Positions 11,455 to 24,288 are shown, numbered from the stretch's first letter. The stretch: 64,000 nucleotides of DNA from Octopus sinensis (GCF_006345805.1 NC_043002.1:111538001-111602000); one strand, 5' to 3'. Notes: a model not told the origin generated them from the sequence alone. Numbers and translations are program-made.

Positions 11455-11715
11455 TTGTACATGCCGGTGGCACGTTAAAAGCACCAACCGATTGTGGCTG
11501 ATGCCAGACCCCCCCTGGCACCTGTGCAAGCCACACGTAAAAAGCACCCACTACACTCATGGAGTGGTTGGTGTTAGGAAGGGCATCCAGCTGTAGAAAC
11601 ACTGCCAGATCAGACTGGAGCCTGGTGCAGCCCCTGGCTTCCCAGACCCCGGTCGAACCGTCCAACCCATGCTAGCGCGGAAAACAGATGTTAAACGATG
11701 ATGATGATGATGATG
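11455..11715 (+). mobile_element. SINE-like family D (internal VNTR, RTE-like (GAT)n tail)
   Basis: GGCACGTAAAAAGCACC units, then ...GGAAGGGCATCCAGCTGTAGAAAC...GTTAAACGATGATGAT. Confidence 0.8.
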
Positions 11716-11779
11716 AAGTTAATATATATATATATATATAAGAAAAGGTGTAGGTAGAAACTTCACAAGATGTACCCAG

Positions 11780-12327
11780 TGTAAGCTATGGACGCATAAG
11801 AGGTGCAGCAACATCAAAGGAAAATTAACCGAGAAGATAACTTTCATGTACGGCAGATGCACAGGGGCAATAGACACCACAGATACTCAGAAAACAGATT
11901 CCATCACACTCCAGTGGGAGAAACTAGAAGTAGTTGATAGCTTCCGCTACCTAGGTGACCAAGTTAGCAGTGGAGGTGGATGCTCAGAGAGTGTTACCAC
12001 TAGAATAAGAATAGCCCGGGCAAAGTTTAGAAAGCTTCTACCCTTACTGGTGACAAAGAGTCTCTCACTCAGAGTGAAAGGTAGATTGTATGACGCATGT
12101 GTGCAAACTGCCATGCTTCATGGTAGTGAAACATGGGCTGTGACTGCAGAGGACATGCCTAGGCTTGAAAGGAATGAAGCTAGCATGATCCACTGGATGT
12201 GTAATGTCAGTGTGCATACATTACAGGGTGTAAGTGCCCTGAGAGAAATGTTGGACATAAGAAGCATTGGATGTGGCATGCAAGAGAGATGTTTGTGCTG
12301 GTATGGTCATGTACTACAGATGGATGA
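11780..12327 (+). mobile_element. RTE-clade LINE fragment
   Basis: LEVVDSFRYLG...KGRLYDACVQTAMLHGSETWA...WYGHVLQMD, the post-RT region of RTE elements. Confidence 0.85.
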
Positions 12328-12974
12328 ATAATAATGATAATAATAACAAATTAAAACTAAGTAAAAGTATTTAGAGACAATATTTACGAAAGATAGGCAT
12401 TTATATCAACAAGAAAATATGAACAATATTCAATTTTTAAAAATTAAAAATTTGAAGATATAAGTAAATATTTAGAGAAAAATTCATAGAAAGTATGGAA
12501 AAGCAATGAGAACAAAATCAACCTAAATCAATGAAATAGTCTTTCAAGATGAGAAGGAAAATCCATTAAGATTTTAAGAAATAATTATTAGATAGTTTTG
12601 GTGTAAAGAGATTCATATATTTATAGAGAGTTTGATATCAACAAGAAAGATATTAAATTAAAGATTAAAGGTTCAAATATATAAGTAAATAGTAAATAGG
12701 TTATAATGTAGGATAAAATTAATATAATCTAGTATTGTAGATTAGGATAGATTAAAACATATAACGTAAGCATATGGAAAAACAATATTAATATGCGTTC
12801 ATTAAATATTCTTTCAAATACATAATTGTAGTTATAATATGGGCAGATACACTCCTTACCATTTTCTCTTGTACCGTTCTATATATGCTATATGTTTTGG
12901 AGAATAATACATGAAGGAGCTTTTTTTTATGAGTGCTACCAGATTACTTGAATCCATATATTGTGACATATATA

Positions 12975-13270
12975 TCATCATCATTGTTTAACGTCCGTTT
13001 TCCATGCTGGCATGGGTTGAACTGTTTGACTGCGGTCTGGAGAGCCAGCGGCCACACCAGGCTCCAGTCTGATCTGGCAATGTTTCTACAGCTGGATGCC
13101 CTTCCTAATGCCAACCACTCCAAGAGTGTAGTGGGTGCTTTTTACATGCCACTGGCACAGGAGTCAGTCAGAGGGCACTAGCATCGGCCATGTTCAGATG
13201 GTGCTTTTTATGTGCCACTGGTACTGAAGCCAGTTAGGTGGACCTGGCATCAACCATGTTCAGATGGTGC
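12975..13270 (-). mobile_element. SINE-like family D
   Basis: Family match. Confidence 0.75.
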
Positions 13271-13294
13271 TTTTTATGTGCCACCAGCATGGGA

Positions 13295-13365
<71 letters not shown>

Positions 13366-13623
13366 TATGGTGGGCTTCTTTCAGTTTCTGTCTGCCAGAT
13401 CAATTCACAAGACATTGCTGGGCCCGAGGCTATAGTAGAAGACACATGTCCAAGTGGGACTGAACCCTGAACCATGGACCATGGGGCTGGGAAGCAAGTT
13501 TCTTACCATACAACCATGCCTGTGCCTATTTTGTGTATATTGTAATTTTTGTACAGTATTTTACGTTATAATATTGTATATTAATGCAATTTTAATACAT
13601 ATGTTTATACTTTTTTTTTCCAG

Positions 13624-13797
13624 TTCGATACTGCTTGGGGCTCTATGTTTTATGGTCATTCCGCAAGTTCCAAGAAGCTGTTCGCAAACGGTTTGGTTCT
13701 AACACCAAATTCTGGCTGTATTTGCTTACAATGACCCAATTCCATTTTGTATTCTATATGACTCGACCTCTCCCCAACATAATGGCCCTTGGACTCG
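13624..13797 (+). CDS. ALG12: ALG12 coding exon 3 (174 nt)
   Basis: ttccag acceptor; VRYCLGLYVLWSFRKFQEAVRKRFGSNTKFWLYLLTMTQFHFVFYMTRPLPNIMALGL; donor GTAAGC. Confidence 0.95.
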
Positions 13798-13845
13798 GTA
13801 AGCTCATTCCTACATTTAACATTAACTCTTCCAATACAACACACC

Positions 13846-14248
13846 TCTCTTTTACTCTCTTTTACTTGTTTCAGTCATTTGACTGCGGCCATGCTGGAGC
13901 ACCGCCTTTAGTCGAGCAACTCGACCCCAGGATTTATTCTTTGTAAGCCTATTACTTATTCTGTCGGTCTCTTTTGCCGAACCGCTAAGTGACGGGGACG
14001 TAAACACACCAGCATCGGTTGTCAAGTGATGTTGGGGGGACAAACACACACACACACATACATACATATATATATATACATATATACGACAGGCTTCTTT
14101 CAGTTTCCGTCTACCAAATCCACTCACAAAGCTTTGGTTGGCTCGAGGCTATAGTAGTAGACACTTGCCCAAGGTGCCACGCAGTGGGACTGAACCCGGA
14201 ACTATGTGGTTGGTAAGCAAGCTACTTACCACACAGCCACTCCTGCAC
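13846..14248 (-). mobile_element. SINE family B
   Basis: Full-length family match, ~50 nt after the exon 3 donor. Confidence 0.85.
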
Positions 14249-14517
14249 CTATAGAACATTCATATATACTTCATACACCCTTCTGAGCACAGTGTTAATT
14301 TTTATTACTTGCTGCACAACTTCCTCTTCCTTATGTTTCTTTAGTACTTTACGTCTGTATAGATGTTGACTAGCCTTAGATGTAAAATCTGGCTTCCCTA
14401 TCACAAGGGTCCAGTTTCAGTCCTACTGCATAGTATCTTGGGCAAGTGATTTCTGCTATAGCCTTGTGAGTAGATTTGGTTGACAGGATTGCAATAGAGA
14501 CTTTGGTTAGTGCAATG

Positions 14518-14907
14518 GAATGGAAGCACTCCGTCGGTTATGATGACGAGGGTTCCGGTTGATCCGAATCAACGGAACAGCCTGCTCGTGAAATTAACGT
14601 GTAAGTGGCTGAGTCTCCACAGACACGTGTACCCTTAACGTAGTTCTCGGGGATATTCAGCGTGACACAGAGAGTGACAAGGCCGGCCCTTTGAAATACA
14701 GGTACAACAGAAACAGGAAGTAAGAGTGAGAGAAAGTTGTGGTGAAAGAGTACAGCAGGGATCACCACCATCCCCTGCCGGAGCGTCGTGGAGCTTTTTA
14801 GGTGTTTTCGCTCAATAAACACTCACAACGCCCGGTCTGGGAATCGAAACCGCGATCCTACGACCGCGAGTCCGCTGCCCTAACCACTGGGCCATTGCGC
14901 CTCCACA
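14518..14907 (-). mobile_element. SINE family A
   Basis: 12-bp TSD GTTAGTGCAATG at 14506-14517 and 14908-14919. Confidence 0.9.
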
Positions 14908-16069
14908 GTTAGTGCAATGTGGAGCTAGTGAATGAAGGCATACTTTGTTGGCTGTGTAAATAATAACTGAAGCACACTTGCAAACATTTAACTGAAATAT
15001 TTATTGCCAGACATAAAGTTCATTAGGTGTTAGCTATTCCTAACGAACACCATAAATGTTTGCTGACTGGGAGTGAAACAAATTGCTGTGAAATTACAAA
15101 AATTAAAGCTATTTGTGTGACATGCGGTTGGCCCCAAAATATACAAAGTCAACTGCGCAAATCTCTGTTGTGACAGAGGTCCTTGACTGTTTTCCCTTGG
15201 CCATTTGAGCTCTCAGGTATATGCCAAATGGTTTTCATAGGAGACCAGAAGCTAAATTCTAGAATATCTGAGAAAACCATGTCACATCACACTTCATGCT
15301 GACTGGTTGATTAACAAACTGATCATGGGAAACTATGATGGTTTGCTTGTGGTGTCTGAATGATTATCTAGCAGTTGGGGTTTCAAGCCTGTCATGTATA
15401 TATATATATGTATATGTATATGTATATGTTTGTGTATGTGTGTGTTTTACTATCTCCTTGCTTTGACTTTTGCATGACAGCCGTAAACAAGTGTCACCAT
15501 CATGGTATGTGTGATTTGTGGGAAATTTGGCAGCTACTGAAAGCAGGTACCCCAACTACATAGAGGCTCCCTCGTATGTACATTATAAGTTTTGTTGAGA
15601 AAGTAGTTAATAATGAAGATAGCTAATGTACTACAAACTTCTGTTTTTAGCATACTCAGTGTTTTAGGAGGATTTGAAGTAATATTTAAGTCTCAAAAGT
15701 CAATAATTTATCAACTTGGCCATTTAACTAACCTACTTTTTATCATATTTTAAATAATTTCTCTTAATATTCAAAATAAGTTAAGGTGGTGAGCTGGCAG
15801 AACTGTTAGCATGCTGGGCAAAATGCTTAGCAATATTTCATCTGTCTTTACATTCTGAGTTCAAATTCTGTTGAGGTTGAATTTGTCTTTCATTCCTCTT
15901 GGGGTCAATAAAATAAGTACCAGTTGAGGTCGATGGAATCTACTCAGCTCCCTCTCCCAAAATTACTGGCTTGTGCCAAATGAAATCAATATTCAAGATA
16001 AAATAAATTATGTATAAGAAATATTGAATTTCTAAATCTCTCGTAGAGACATGTACGGTGGTGGGGCGA

Positions 16070-16361
16070 TAGAATGGTTGTATACTGTCAATCTAACAAG
16101 AACGTGACAGTAGGGGGTACACCACCGTTGTATAGCCCTAGGAGGCATTGAATGCCTCCTGACAGCTTCGACACATTTTTTCCCTTTGTCCTTATATACA
16201 TATATATGTGTCCTTATATACATATATATATGTATATAAGGACACAGGGAAAAAATGTGTCGAAGCTGTCAGGAGGCATTCAATGCCTCCTAGGGCTATA
16301 CAACGGTGGTGTACCCCCTACTGTCACGTTCTTGTTAGATTGACAGTATACAACCATTCTA
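16070..16361. repeat. Long near-perfect palindrome
   Basis: 16070-16185 is the exact reverse complement of 16246-16361 (116 bp); 16208-16245 is a spacerless 38-bp palindrome; 22-bp extra duplicate at 16186-16207. Confidence 0.97.
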
Positions 16362-16432
16362 ATAAATTATGTGTTATAGGGAAAACAAAACCAAACCATT
16401 TAACAATGAAATCTGTTTATTTTTCATTATAG

Positions 16433-16627
16433 TATTATTAGCTTTGCAATCATGGTTACATGGAAGACACACATCATTTCTATGGTTCACTGGAACTGCA
16501 ATTATTATATTTCGCTCTGATGTTACCATGCTGCTTGGAATTTACCTGCTCATGGATCTTGTCACACGTAGACTTAGTCTTAAAAATGCTGTTGCTATAA
16601 TTATTTTTGCTGGTGGCATTATTTTAG
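16433..16627 (+). CDS. ALG12: ALG12 coding exon 4 (195 nt)
   Basis: cattatag acceptor; VLLALQSWLHGRHTSFLWFTGTAIIIFRSDVTMLLGIYLLMDLVTRRLSLKNAVAIIIFAGGIIL; donor GTAAGT. Confidence 0.93.
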
Positions 16628-16702
16628 GTAAGTCTCTCTGAAAACCATTTCACAAAATTCTGTGTGTGTTTGTGTGTGTGTAATATATATGTATATGTTT
16701 GT

Positions 16703-16862
16703 GTCATCATGATCATCATCATCATCATCATCGTTTAACGTCCGTTCTCCATGCTAGCATGGGTTGGACGGTCCGATCGGGGATCTGGGAAGCCAGAAGG
16801 CTGCACCAGGCTCCAGTCTTTTCTGGCAATGTTTCTACAGCTGGATGCCCTTCCTAACGCCA
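16703..16862 (-). mobile_element. SINE-like family D, 3' part
   Basis: Family tail match. Confidence 0.75.
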
Positions 16863-17718
16863 AAAGCTAACCCCTAAGGGTGGATGCTACTATAGCTTGT
16901 AGCCCCAGGAGGGCACCTCCTCCAGCTGGCTATAGACACACTTTCTGTGCCCTATCAGTATTTGCAAAGGAGGCCATCCTTCCCGTCTTCAACTTATGAT
17001 ACACACGGACTCAAGTTTCTGAGTATTGGCCTGTCATCGGCATGTGACAATCACAGTTGTGTGTGTATATATATGTAAACATACATGATGACCAGAGAGC
17101 AACTCTTTGATTAAGTTGAGAAACAATCATGTGATGAGTGGCCCACTGACCAAGTTTAGACATTTTTCTTAATTCATGAAGATGTCTTATACTTGAAGTT
17201 TGACTTGAACCATTTTGCTAATTCTGTTGCAATTTGCTTCAGATTTTCTTCAGATACAGTTTTTTAAAGCTCAATGTTGACAGAACTTTCAGATCAGAGG
17301 TTGAATCTCTTAAATCTGGCAACCTTGGAACTTGGCCATTGCTGAAACACATAAAAATGTCTGCAGAGAGAAAATTTTCATAAATCATTCACAGTTGTCG
17401 ATTCAAGCCCATAATACTCACATGATGTCTTTGTGGATGTCTTCAGCAATCCACCCTTTTCAAGTATAGATTATGATCTATGTTTACATTGACATCATCC
17501 TTTGCATTTCTTCGTCTCTTGGTCAACATTCTGAAGAGTTAAAATACAGTGAAATAAAAATCTGAACAGACTCTTATTACTACCAAAACATTTGGCTTTG
17601 GTAATTGGAGTTGGACAGCTTAGTGATTCTAACAGCACTTCCCTGGTCACAAATCAACAAATAATGCTGAAGATCCTAAATATGCCTGAGTTCTGGATTT
17701 AAGAGGGCCATTGTGTGT

Positions 17719-17775
<57 letters not shown>

Positions 17776-17853
17776 TGTGCATGTATGCAAGCACACATAC
17801 ACACAACAACACAACAATATATCTTATGTGGTTTAATTTCTTTTTCTTTAAAG

Positions 17854-17957
17854 GTGCAACTGTGTTGATAGATTCCTTCTTTTGGCAACGTTGGCTCTGG
17901 CCTGAAGCAGAAGTTTTCTGGTTCAATACAATTAAAAACAAAAGTTCTCAGTGGGGC
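17854..17957 (+). CDS. ALG12: ALG12 coding exon 5 (104 nt)
   Basis: [35 protein letters not shown] (ALG12 DSxFW..WPE..V.WFNT..NKS..WG motif); donor GTATCCTTT. Confidence 0.95.
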
Positions 17958-18259
17958 GTATCCTTTAAACATGCTTTATATTCATCTATGTTTTTTTTAA
18001 AAATTTACTTTGATTTATATTTCTAAACCATCAGATTTTTTGTTTTTGGTATTTTTTAAATCATCAAATGTACCTTTCTGGAATATTTAAAGCATTTAAC
18101 CCCAGGACAAGAATATTGCTTATAACTTCCGTTTGCAGGTTTCATATGATGTTCAGTTATATATGATATCTGTTTAAATATCTTGTGTCTAACATATCAT
18201 CGTTACCCCTCCCTCACCAGCACAATATCATCGCCATGACCATGACCATGATGACTACC

Positions 18260-18492
18260 TATTTCTTTATTACCCACAAGGGGCTAAACACAGAGGGGAC
18301 AAACAAGGACATACATAGGTATTAAGTCGATTACATCAACCCCAGTGTGTAACTGGTACTTAATTTATCGACCCTGAAAGGATGAAAGGCAAAGTTGACC
18401 TCGGTGGAATTTGAACTCACAACGTAACGGCAGACGAAATACGGCTATGCATTTCGCCCGGTGTGCTATCGTTTCTACCAGCTCACCGCCTT
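18260..18492 (-). mobile_element. SINE family C (~230 bp)
   Basis: Head GGCGGCGAGCTGGCAGAAACGTTAGC, core GCCTTTCATCCTTTCGGGGTCGATAAAT, tail GTAAAGAAATA. Confidence 0.8.
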
Positions 18493-18522
18493 CAACCATG
18501 ATGACTACCATCCATCCATCCA

Positions 18523-18553
<31 letters not shown>

Positions 18554-19425
18554 TTGTTTCACAGCCTGTTTTCTTTGCTGGCATGAGATAGATAGGATTC
18601 AACATTTCGCCACTCATTGCAGTTCTCTATCAACTGAGACACTCAAAGTAAACAAAGAATCCTGTCCATCTTCGATACACTGGAGAGGTCGTCTCCAACG
18701 AGACTAAAGAGGTTTTTATACTTTGCATCATACTTCTGTCTCTATCCAATTTTATTCACACCTAGTGGGAATGAAAAGCAAACTCAATTGGTTGTCAAGA
18801 GAGGCAACCAAGATGACTTAAAATACCTCGGCATTTTTGTGACTGATGCACCAATATTTTGCCATCCTATGCTAACACATACACACACACCACACACACA
18901 CACATACACACACACACCAACATACACATATATAGCCATCACTCACAAGTGACACTTTATTGGTTACAACAAGTGTTCCAGTTGGTCCGATCAATGGAAC
19001 AGCCTGCTCATGAAATTAAGGTGTAAGTGACTCCACAAATATGTGTACCCTTAATGTAGTTTTCAGGGATATTCAGTGTGACACAGAATGTGACAAGGCT
19101 GGCCCCTTTGAAACACAGGTACAACTCTTTTTGTCAGCTGAGTTGACTGGAGCAACTTGAAATAAAGTGCCTAGCTCAAGGACACAACATGCTGCCAGGA
19201 ATCGAACTCATGAACTTATGGTCATGAGCTGAATACCTTAACCACTAAGTCACATGCCTTTACAAGTGACTATAAATTTAGCAGCATGTATCATCCTTTT
19301 GGTAATTGTTTAAGGTACTTATACAGTTGTGAGCAAGCGGGTATAGCCATCCTCTTGACTCCGTGATGTAACAGCAAAAGGGAGAAAGGACTGTACCAGT
19401 ACGCAACTGGTATTCATTCGTAATA

Positions 19426-19864
19426 GGCACAGGAGTGGCTGTGTGGTAAGTAGCTTGCTTACCAACCACATGGTCCCGGGTTCAGTCCCACTGCGTGGCA
19501 CCTTAGACAAGTGTCTTTTACTATAGCCTCCGGCCGACCAAAGCCATGTGAGTGGATTTGGTAAACGGAAACTGAAAGAAGCCTGTCGTATATATGTTCA
19601 TATATATATATATATATATGTGTGCGTGTGTGTTTGTGTGTCTGTGTTTGTCCCCCTAGCATTGCTTGACAACCGATGTTGGTGTGTTTATGTCCTCGTC
19701 ACTTAGCGGTTCAGCAAAAGAGACCGATAGAATAAATTACTAGGTTTACAAAGAATAAGTCCCGGGGTTGAGTTGCTCGACTAAAGGCGGTGCTCCAGCA
19801 TGGCCGCAGTCAAATGACTGAAACAAGTAAAAGAGTAAAAAAAAAAAAAGAGTAAAAGAGTAAA
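19426..19864 (+). mobile_element. SINE family B
   Basis: Full-length family match. Confidence 0.85.
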
Positions 19865-20132
19865 ACTGAGTTTGACTCAAGGACACAACACGCCACCTGG
19901 TTCAGGAATTGAACCTATAACCTTATGGTCATGGACTCAATGCCTTACACATATGTACATGTGTACACACATGCACACACACTTGATCGATTTCAGATTA
20001 GTTTCCATTGACCAAATTTCACAAGATTTAGGTCCAGTCAAGGAGCTGCATAGCAAGATTGAACTCTGAACCATCTAATTGCAAAGTGAATCTCATACCT
20101 GTTGTTTGTATGAATTCAATATTGTACGATAT

Positions 20133-20451
20133 ATTCTTTTATTCTTTTACCTGTTTCAGTCATGTGACTGGCCATGCATTACAGCATGGCCTTAAAGTGT
20201 TTTTTAGTTGAGGAAATTGACCTAGGACTTATTTTTTGTAAGCCTAGTACTTATTTTATCATTCCCTTTTGCTGAACTGCGAAGTTACAGGGATGTAAAC
20301 ACACCAACATTGGTTGTCAAACAATGAGGGGAGGACAAACATAGACACAAAGGCACACACATAAATATATATAAATATATATATATGTACGTATGTATGT
20401 ATGTATGTATGTATGTATGTATGTATGTATGTATGTATGTGTGTGTGTGTG

Positions 20452-20499
<48 letters not shown>

Positions 20500-20645
20500 A
20501 CAGGCTGCTTTCAGTTTCTGTCTACCAAATCCACTCACAAATCTTTGGTTGACCCAGGGCTATAGTAGAAGACACTTACCAAAGGTGCCATGCAGTGGAA
20601 CTGAACTTGGTTGGGAAGCAAGCTTCTTACCCTACAGCCAAGCCT
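20133..20645 (-). mobile_element. SINE family B, diverged
   Basis: Older copy with an expanded (TATG)/(TA) core. Confidence 0.75.
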
Positions 20646-20766
20646 ATGTCCCCTCTCCTCCCCTCCTTTTTTATAAACCATCCAATCATACCAGTCTTGG
20701 CACCACAAAATATTAAACTATTTGGAAATCAAGTCAGTGAGAATACTTTTTATGTTACATCATATA

Positions 20767-20994
20767 TATTTCTTTACTACCCACAAGGACCACAGAGGGG
20801 ACAAACAAGGACAGACAAACGGATTAAGTCGATTACATCGACCCCAGTGCGTAACTGGTACTTAATTTATCGACCCCAAAAGGATGAAAGGCAAAGTCGA
20901 CTTCGGCGGACTTTGAACTCGGAACGTAATGACAGATGAAATACGGCTACGCATTTCGCCTGGTGCGCTAACGTTTCTGCCAGCTCGCCGCCTA
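20767..20994 (-). mobile_element. SINE family C
   Basis: 16-bp TSD TATGTTACATCATATA at 20751-20766 and 20995-21010. Confidence 0.9.
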
Positions 20995-21170
20995 TATGTT
21001 ACATCATATAATGTAGTCCTAGTTACAATGGCTTTGAAAAAATGCTGGATGATCATGGCTGGAATGCCTTTGATTATAGTTTTGCTTTATCAGGCCTGAC
21101 CCGAGACTAAACAAAATGTTTTAAAAACCAACTAAATTTCTATTGAAATCTTTTCCTTAACAATCTCAAG

Positions 21171-21397
21171 ACATCTCCTTTTCTGTGGTATTTCTACTCA
21201 GTATTTCCGAGGTCACTTGGTTTAACAGTATTCCTTGTTCCCCTTGGATTATACTTCTGTCCATCTGTCAGAGCATTGGTTATTCCAGCCATTGTCTATG
21301 TTGTGCTCTTTTCATTCTTGCCTCACAAAGAACTTCGATTTATTATCTACGTATTTCCGCTGCTGAATTTGGCTGCTGCCGCTTTCATCAACAAAAT
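21171..21397 (+). CDS. ALG12: ALG12 coding exon 6 (227 nt)
   Basis: TSPFLWYFYSVFPRSLG...FSFLPHKELRFIIYVFPLLNLAAAAFINK (LPHKELRFI motif); donor GTAAGC. Not in the supplied ORF track because the frame only opens at the splice site. Confidence 0.95.
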
Positions 21398-21970
21398 GTA
21401 AGCTCACTTTTCCATTTATGTTCCTTGTTTTTCTTTTTCTTGTCTTACATATTGAAATTAGTCTTAAATTTGTATGCTTATATTTCTTACTTCTTTGCAT
21501 ACTCCTTCTCTCTGCCTCCTCTAATTCATTTATTTTCCCTTTCTTTTCATCCTTTTTTGGTGGGGGGCATTAAAATAAGTACCACTTGCACACTGGGGTC
21601 GATTTAATCGACTTAACCCCTTCCTCAAATCTGCTGGCCTTGTGCCAAAATTTGAAACCAATTCGAAATCAAAATTAAAGGTTAAGGGGGGATAACTCAT
21701 AGTTAACGTTGCGAAGTTTCTGTTTCTCCTGTTCAGTTATCCTTTTTCCCCAGCTTTTAATTTCTTCCCTACTTTCTTCTCTCTTTCACTCGTACTTCGT
21801 GTCACTGATATTTTTCTTTTGCTCTCTTTCTGCCTTTTGCAACCTACTACTACTACTACTACTACTACACAACACACCACACACACACACACACACACGC
21901 ACACACACACCTTTTGCAAAAATGGTTGACAGAGACTTCGAAATTTCTGTCTGCTAGCTGCGCGCATGCG

Positions 21971-22388
21971 CATGTATGTATGTATGTATGTATGTATGTA
22001 TGTATGTATGTATGTATGTATGTATTTATGTATGTATGTATGTATTTATGTATGTATGTATGTATGTGTGTATGTATGTATGTATGTATGTATGTATGTG
22101 TGTATGTGTGTATTTATGTATGTATGTATGTGTGTATGTATGTATTTATGTATGTATGTATGTATGTATGTGTGTATGTATGTATGTATGTATGTGTGAT
22201 GTATGTATGTATGTATGTATGTATGTATGTATGTATGTATGTATGTATGTATGTGTGATGTATGTGTGATGTATGTATGATGTATGTATGTGTGATGTAT
22301 GTATGTGTGATGTATGTATGAATGTATGTATATATGTATGTATGTATGTATATATGTATGTATATATGTACGTATGTATGTATGTATG
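21971..22388. repeat. (TATG)n compound microsatellite
   Basis: About 420 bp, directly visible. Confidence 0.95.
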
Positions 22389-22571
22389 TCAGTCGTTGAT
22401 CATGGGATCTAAACAACAGCAAAACCTGTGTGGCTTTGTTCAATCTATATTTAAATGATTCTATTAAATATTCACACAAGTCTTTCTCTTCTTTCTCTCT
22501 CTCTCTCTCTCTTTTCTCTCTCTCTTTCATGTACATAATGTCTAATATGAAGTTTATATTCTATACATCAG

Positions 22572-22741
22572 ATGGAGGAACAGAAAAAAGTCAGTGATGT
22601 ATCGTGTGTTTTCCGCAGGCATTGTTCTTCATTTATTAGCCAATGCTGTTTTTACCTGTGCCTTTCTATACCTGTCACATAAAAATTATCCAGGAGGTGA
22701 TGCCATTGATAAATTACATAATCTAGAAGATCCTACATCAG
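22572..22741 (+). CDS. ALG12: ALG12 coding exon 7 (170 nt)
   Basis: catcag acceptor; WRNRKKSVMYRVFSAGIVLHLLANAVFTCAFLYLSHKNYPGGDAIDKLHNLEDPTS (S..NYPGG motif); donor GTAAAC. Confidence 0.95.
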
Positions 22742-22771
22742 GTAAACTGTTTCATTATCATTCTATACACA

Positions 22772-23320
22772 AAGGTGGCGAGCTGGCAGAAATGTTAGCA
22801 AGCCGGGTGAAATGCTCAAATTCCGCCAAGGTTGACTTTGCCTTTCATCCTTTCGGGGTCGATTAAATAAGTACCAGTTACGCACTGGGGTCGATATAAT
22901 CGACTTAATCTGTATGTCTGTCCTTGTTTGTTCTCTCTGTGTTTAGCCCCTTGTGGGTAGTACAGAAATAGGTATTTCTGAGCTCAAATTCTGCCAAGGT
23001 TGACTTTGCCTTTCATCCTTTCGGAGTCGAGAAATTAAGTACCAGTTACGCACTGGGGTCGATGTAATCGACTTAATACCTATGTCTGTCCTTGTTTGTT
23101 CTCTCTGTGTTTAGCCCCTTGTGGGTAATAAAGAAATAGATATTTCGTCTGCCGTTATGTTCTGAGCTCAAATTCCGCCAAGGTCAACTTTGCCTTTCAT
23201 CCTTTCGGGGTCGATAAATTAAGTACCAATTACGCACTGGGGTCGATGTAATCGACTTAATCCGTTTATCTCTCCTTGTTTGTCCCCTCTGTGTTTAGCC
23301 CCTTGTGGGCAATAAAAAAT
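22772..23320 (+). mobile_element. SINE family C head-to-tail trimer
   Basis: Three successive body-plus-tail units, with the second and third restarting internally. Confidence 0.85.
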
Positions 23321-23335
23321 TAAGAATTGTTAGCA

Positions 23336-23750
23336 TGAGTGGCTGTATGGTAAGTAGCTTGTTTACCAGCCACAGGGTTCCGGGTTCAGTCCCACTGCGT
23401 GGCATCTTGGGCAAGTGTCTTCTGCTATAGCCCCGAGCCGACCAATGCCTTGTGAGTGGATTTAGTAGACGGAAACTGAAAGAAGCCTGTCGTATATATG
23501 TATGTATGTGTGTGTGTGTGTTTGTGTGTCTGTGTTTGTTCCCCTAGCATTGCTTGACAACCGATGCTGGTGTGTTTACGTCCCCGTCACCTAGCGGTTT
23601 GGCAAAAAGAGACCGATAGAATAAGTACTGGGATTACAAAAAGAATAAGTCCCGGAGTCGAGTTGCTCGACTAAAGGCGGTGCTCCAGCATGGCCGCAGT
23701 CAAATGACTGAAACAAGTAAAAAAAAGAGTAAAAATGAAAAAAAAAGAGT
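23336..23750 (+). mobile_element. SINE family B
   Basis: Family match. Confidence 0.85.
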
Positions 23751-24244
23751 ATGTATTTTGAAAGTGCCAGCACCATGTAAATATCAGCCCATGCTGGTGC
23801 CATGTAAATAGCACCCAGCACACTCTGTAAAGTGGTTGGCATTAGGAAGGGCAGCATCCAGCCATAGAAACCATGCCAAAACAGACAATTAGAAGCTGGG
23901 CAGTTCGCTGGCTGGTCAGCTCTAGTCAAACCATTCAGCTCATGCCAGCATGGAAAACAGACATTAAATGATGATGATTTGAAAGTATTGAAAAAGACTC
24001 CCGCAGAATGTAAGGATAAATTAATCTTTGCAGAAAAGGACTTCATAACTGTTAACTACTGTATAGACAATGGGTTATAGGTTATACAGCCAAATTCCAA
24101 TGATTTTAGAAGTTTTTATATCTCAGAGTTTCAAAATATGTTTATAATTTTGTGAGCTATTAACCTCATCTTCAGAGTGAGGTTTTTTTTACCCTTTTAT
24201 TAGTTTCAGTTATCTCCCATGCTGGGGCACCATTTTTAAGAAGT

Positions 24245-24288
<44 letters not shown>

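Larger units (their letters stand above)
17958..21170 (+). other. U12-type (minor spliceosome) GT-AG intron of ALG12
   Basis: 5' site GTATCCTTT at 17958; branch point TTTTCCTTAAC at 21151-21161, 9 nt before the AG; no polypyrimidine tract. Confidence 0.93.

Noticed and set aside
12335-12860. A-skewed region suggestive of a NUMT or viral ORF
   Set aside because: Many stops in all frames and no recognisable motif; most likely decayed repeat DNA.
17100-18870. Antisense nested gene in ALG12 introns 4-5 (splice-like GTGAGT at 17421, CAG at 17361 and 17531, TAG near 18761)
   Set aside because: Joined frames contain stops and no recognisable domain. Could be a decayed intron-bearing transposon; a tBLASTx search would be needed.
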